A stretch of 64,000 nucleotides of DNA from Massalongia carnosa (lineage: Eukaryota), in contig OZ287068.1 of the NCBI GenBank assembly GCA_965645245.1, positions 806,001-870,000 of the forward strand, read 5' to 3'. The notes under the pieces were generated by a model. The model had not been told where the DNA came from and made no database searches. It saw only the letters and a program-made list of their open reading frames with translations. The translations under genes and the position numbers were made by a program. Below, one piece after another: positions 61,575 through 64,000 of this stretch. Within the stretch, counting starts at the first letter, position 1. Each line of letters starts with the position of its first letter.

Positions 61575-62905
61575 CACGCGGGTGACAAAATAAATTGCAA
61601 CGTGTAAGCGAATTTACCCCTGAATGCCCTATCAAAACACCCTCCTTTTTTTCAACTTTTTATCTCATCATCAATGTCTCGACCCAAAAAGCCTCATTAT
61701 GATACTCCCACAAAGGCCAAAGTTCAAGGAGCTTATCAATTTCTCATCTCACATGCAATTCCATTCGATCCACGGGCCATTTTTCAGGAATTTGGCGTGG
61801 CCGAGCGCGCGGGCTATAACATCATCAAAAGCGGAGCTTCTTCTCGCACACGTCACAATTCTTCTCTCGTTGAGACTCGGGGTCGAAAGCGAAAGATTAG
61901 TGATGATCAGCTGAAGGAGGCAGATCACATTCTGCAGGATCAAGATCTACAATTGGAAGGAAAACGCTACACATGGGATGCTTTAGCACAGGAGATTGGG
62001 GCCGACGTGATGGGACGTACAATGAAGAGAACTCTTACAGCTGCCTTGAATTATCACAAATGTCTAGCCTGTGTCAAAGGGTGGCTGGCAATGGCATCAG
62101 AAGAAAGAAGAGAAGAATTTGCTACAGTTATGTTAAATAAATATCCTCGGTCCGAAGACTGGCATCGCGTACGATTGATTCAGCGATGAGATTCATTTTG
62201 GCTACGGGCCTGAAGGACAGTTACGAATCATTCGTAAGCCCGGAACAAGATATCGTTGGGATTGTATTCAGCATCGTGATGCACCACCTGAGAAAGATCG
62301 TAAAAGAAAGCACTGCTGGGCAGCAGTTGTTTACAACTTCAAGTCGGATATCTACTTCTACGATGTGCCCAGCAATAGCAATGGAAAATGACTCATCAGG
62401 TGTATATTGACGCTATTCTTGATCCCGTTGTCAAGCCCTGGTTGGAGCGTGGAGATGACTTCGTACTTGAAGAAGATGGAGACTCTGGTCATGGCACGGG
62501 CAAGACACGAAACGCGGTCAAAAAAGTGGAAGTTAGATCACGATTTAGAGCACTATTTCAATTGTGCTTCATCTCCTGATCTAGCCTCCATTGAAAATTG
62601 CTGGCAGCCCGCAAAGCAGCATGTTCGTAAATTTCCTCATTGGGACGATGCAAGTTTGGAGCAGCTGATTAGGGAGGGATGGGCTCGAGTCAGTCAGGAA
62701 TTTATCAATGAAAGGGTGTTATCCATGCCCAAAAGATTGAAAGAGGTAAAAGATGCAAAGGGGGCGATGACTGGTTATTGATCTCATGTAATTTAGATGA
62801 ATTTTATCAGCTATGCAGATGATGGTTGATGATGAGATGAAAATTTGAATAAAAAAGGGGGGGTAAATTCGCTTACACGTTGCAATTTATTTTGTCACCC
62901 GCGTG
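61575..62905 (+). mobile_element. IS630-Tc1-mariner-type transposon, 1331 bp, 46-bp perfect TIR, flanked by CCTAC
   Basis: TIR CACGCGGGTGACAAAATAAATTGCAACGTGTAAGCGAATTTACCCC; CCTAC at 61570-74 and 62906-10. Confidence 0.93.
61674..62781 (+). pseudogene. Tc1-like transposase with two frameshifts
   Basis: RGRKRK; RV[R]FSDE after removing a duplicated GATT at ~62173-62180; LEEDGDSGH; SPDLASIENCW; extra A in the run at ~62520. Confidence 0.88.
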
Positions 62906-63410
62906 CCTACCTGCCAACAATATACTATACTACTCTACTCCACTCTACTCTATACTGAATGATTTCAAAGCAATGTGAGGGGGGAAGGGGGAAGTGATGA
63001 AGGTGCCGGGGTGGATTACCTAGCCAGCCAGCTCAATCTCTTCTCCTCTCGATATACGATACGCTCTGAGAATGTGGGGTTTTTTCTTTATTGGATTGGT
63101 AGATACTTCTGGGCTTGACGCGCTAGGGATAGGGGCTTAGATGAACGCAAGGGCTCGAGTCGAGGGAACGTGTCTATCTCTATCTCTGTATGGACTATGA
63201 TGTGTCTGTATGGGGGAGGACTTCGATGCACGAAGTTTTGGGGAGGGGGGTCGTAGGTAAACAAGGAATGGAAGAGGTTGAAAAACTACAAGGGGGTATT
63301 TCCTAGGGAAAAGAAGAGAAAAAGGAATTCGAAAATCGCAACGCAATGCATGCATGCAAGCACGCTCGCTTAACCGGCCAGCTTCCGCTCGCAGCGCAAT
63401 TCGCGCTGCT

Positions 63411-64000
63411 TTATTCACTTCCACCCTCCTCCCCGCCACCCACTCCCTCTCCATCTCCCCCTACCTCGCCAGCCCCCACAACTCCACCAACACCCCCGCC
63501 TAAACCCTCAGCGCTAAACCCTCGCCTAACCCATCCGTTCCGCTCCCCCCGGCCTTCGCTACCTTTCTCCTTGACGAACTCCATGGTGGGGAAGTAGTGC
63601 TCATTTTTCTTCATGGTAGCAACCCACGGGACGTTGTCAAAGGTGACGACGCGTAGGCGGAAGTAGGTGTTATCTGGGATCTTGGTGACCTGAGCAAGGA
63701 AGTCGGAGAGCGTTGGGGTCGGCACGTCGTTGACGGCTGTAAGGAAGTTGGTGGGTGCGAGACCGTACTGATAAGAGGGGGAACCGCGTGTCTATGGAGA
63801 GTTGAGGAAGTTAGCTGGTTTCCAGGAGAGGTGCAAAAGTAAAAAGAGAAGAAGTAAAATTGAACGCAGAACGTCAAAACTCACCCTGGCGGAAACGTAT
63901 ACTTCGCTATGCAGCTTACTGATCTGCTGGCGCACGGCATGATGGGGCCGATGTAAAACCGCGCCGCAAAAGATGACCGCACGATCGGTTTCCAAATCCT
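63411..64000 (-). CDS. NMA111: 3' part of the HtrA-like PDZ serine protease Nma111/Ynm3 (partial, one intron)
   Basis: [84 protein letters not shown]. Confidence 0.93.

Overview
This is filamentous-ascomycete (Pezizomycotina-type) nuclear DNA with GT-AG introns. A backbone of conserved host genes is present: DPH5, SPT3, SNU23, a SUN-domain wall protein, APS2, PPM1, IST1, an SS18/Snf11-like gene, HIS5, a J-domain protein and the 3' end of NMA111. There are two intron-containing tRNA-Pro genes. Between these sits a very diverse set of mobile DNA. (1) 1-7.6 kb: a decayed DUF3435 'captain'-type tyrosine recombinase, a cluster of solo LTRs and a Fot1/pogo element. Two inverted LTRs flank a 108-bp inversion that can be demonstrated from the sequence. 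(2) 12606-20770: the best candidate for an undescribed system. It is an 8.2-kb element with ~45-bp TIRs and TTAA flanks. It carries a truncated transposase-like ORF, a SNF2-family ATPase gene and a divergent spliced gene of unknown function, and it lies between the two tRNA-Pro genes. (3) 26-36.4 kb: a Crypton directly downstream of a Helitron Rep-helicase, which is itself interrupted by a solo LTR, an LTR-like insert and an intact Tc1 element. (4) A one-ended pogo element wrapped in a 49-bp inverted duplication just upstream of HIS5. (5) A Tc1-like element flanked by a 5-bp CCTAC duplication rather than TA. Family assignments come from motif recognition by eye; no searches were run.
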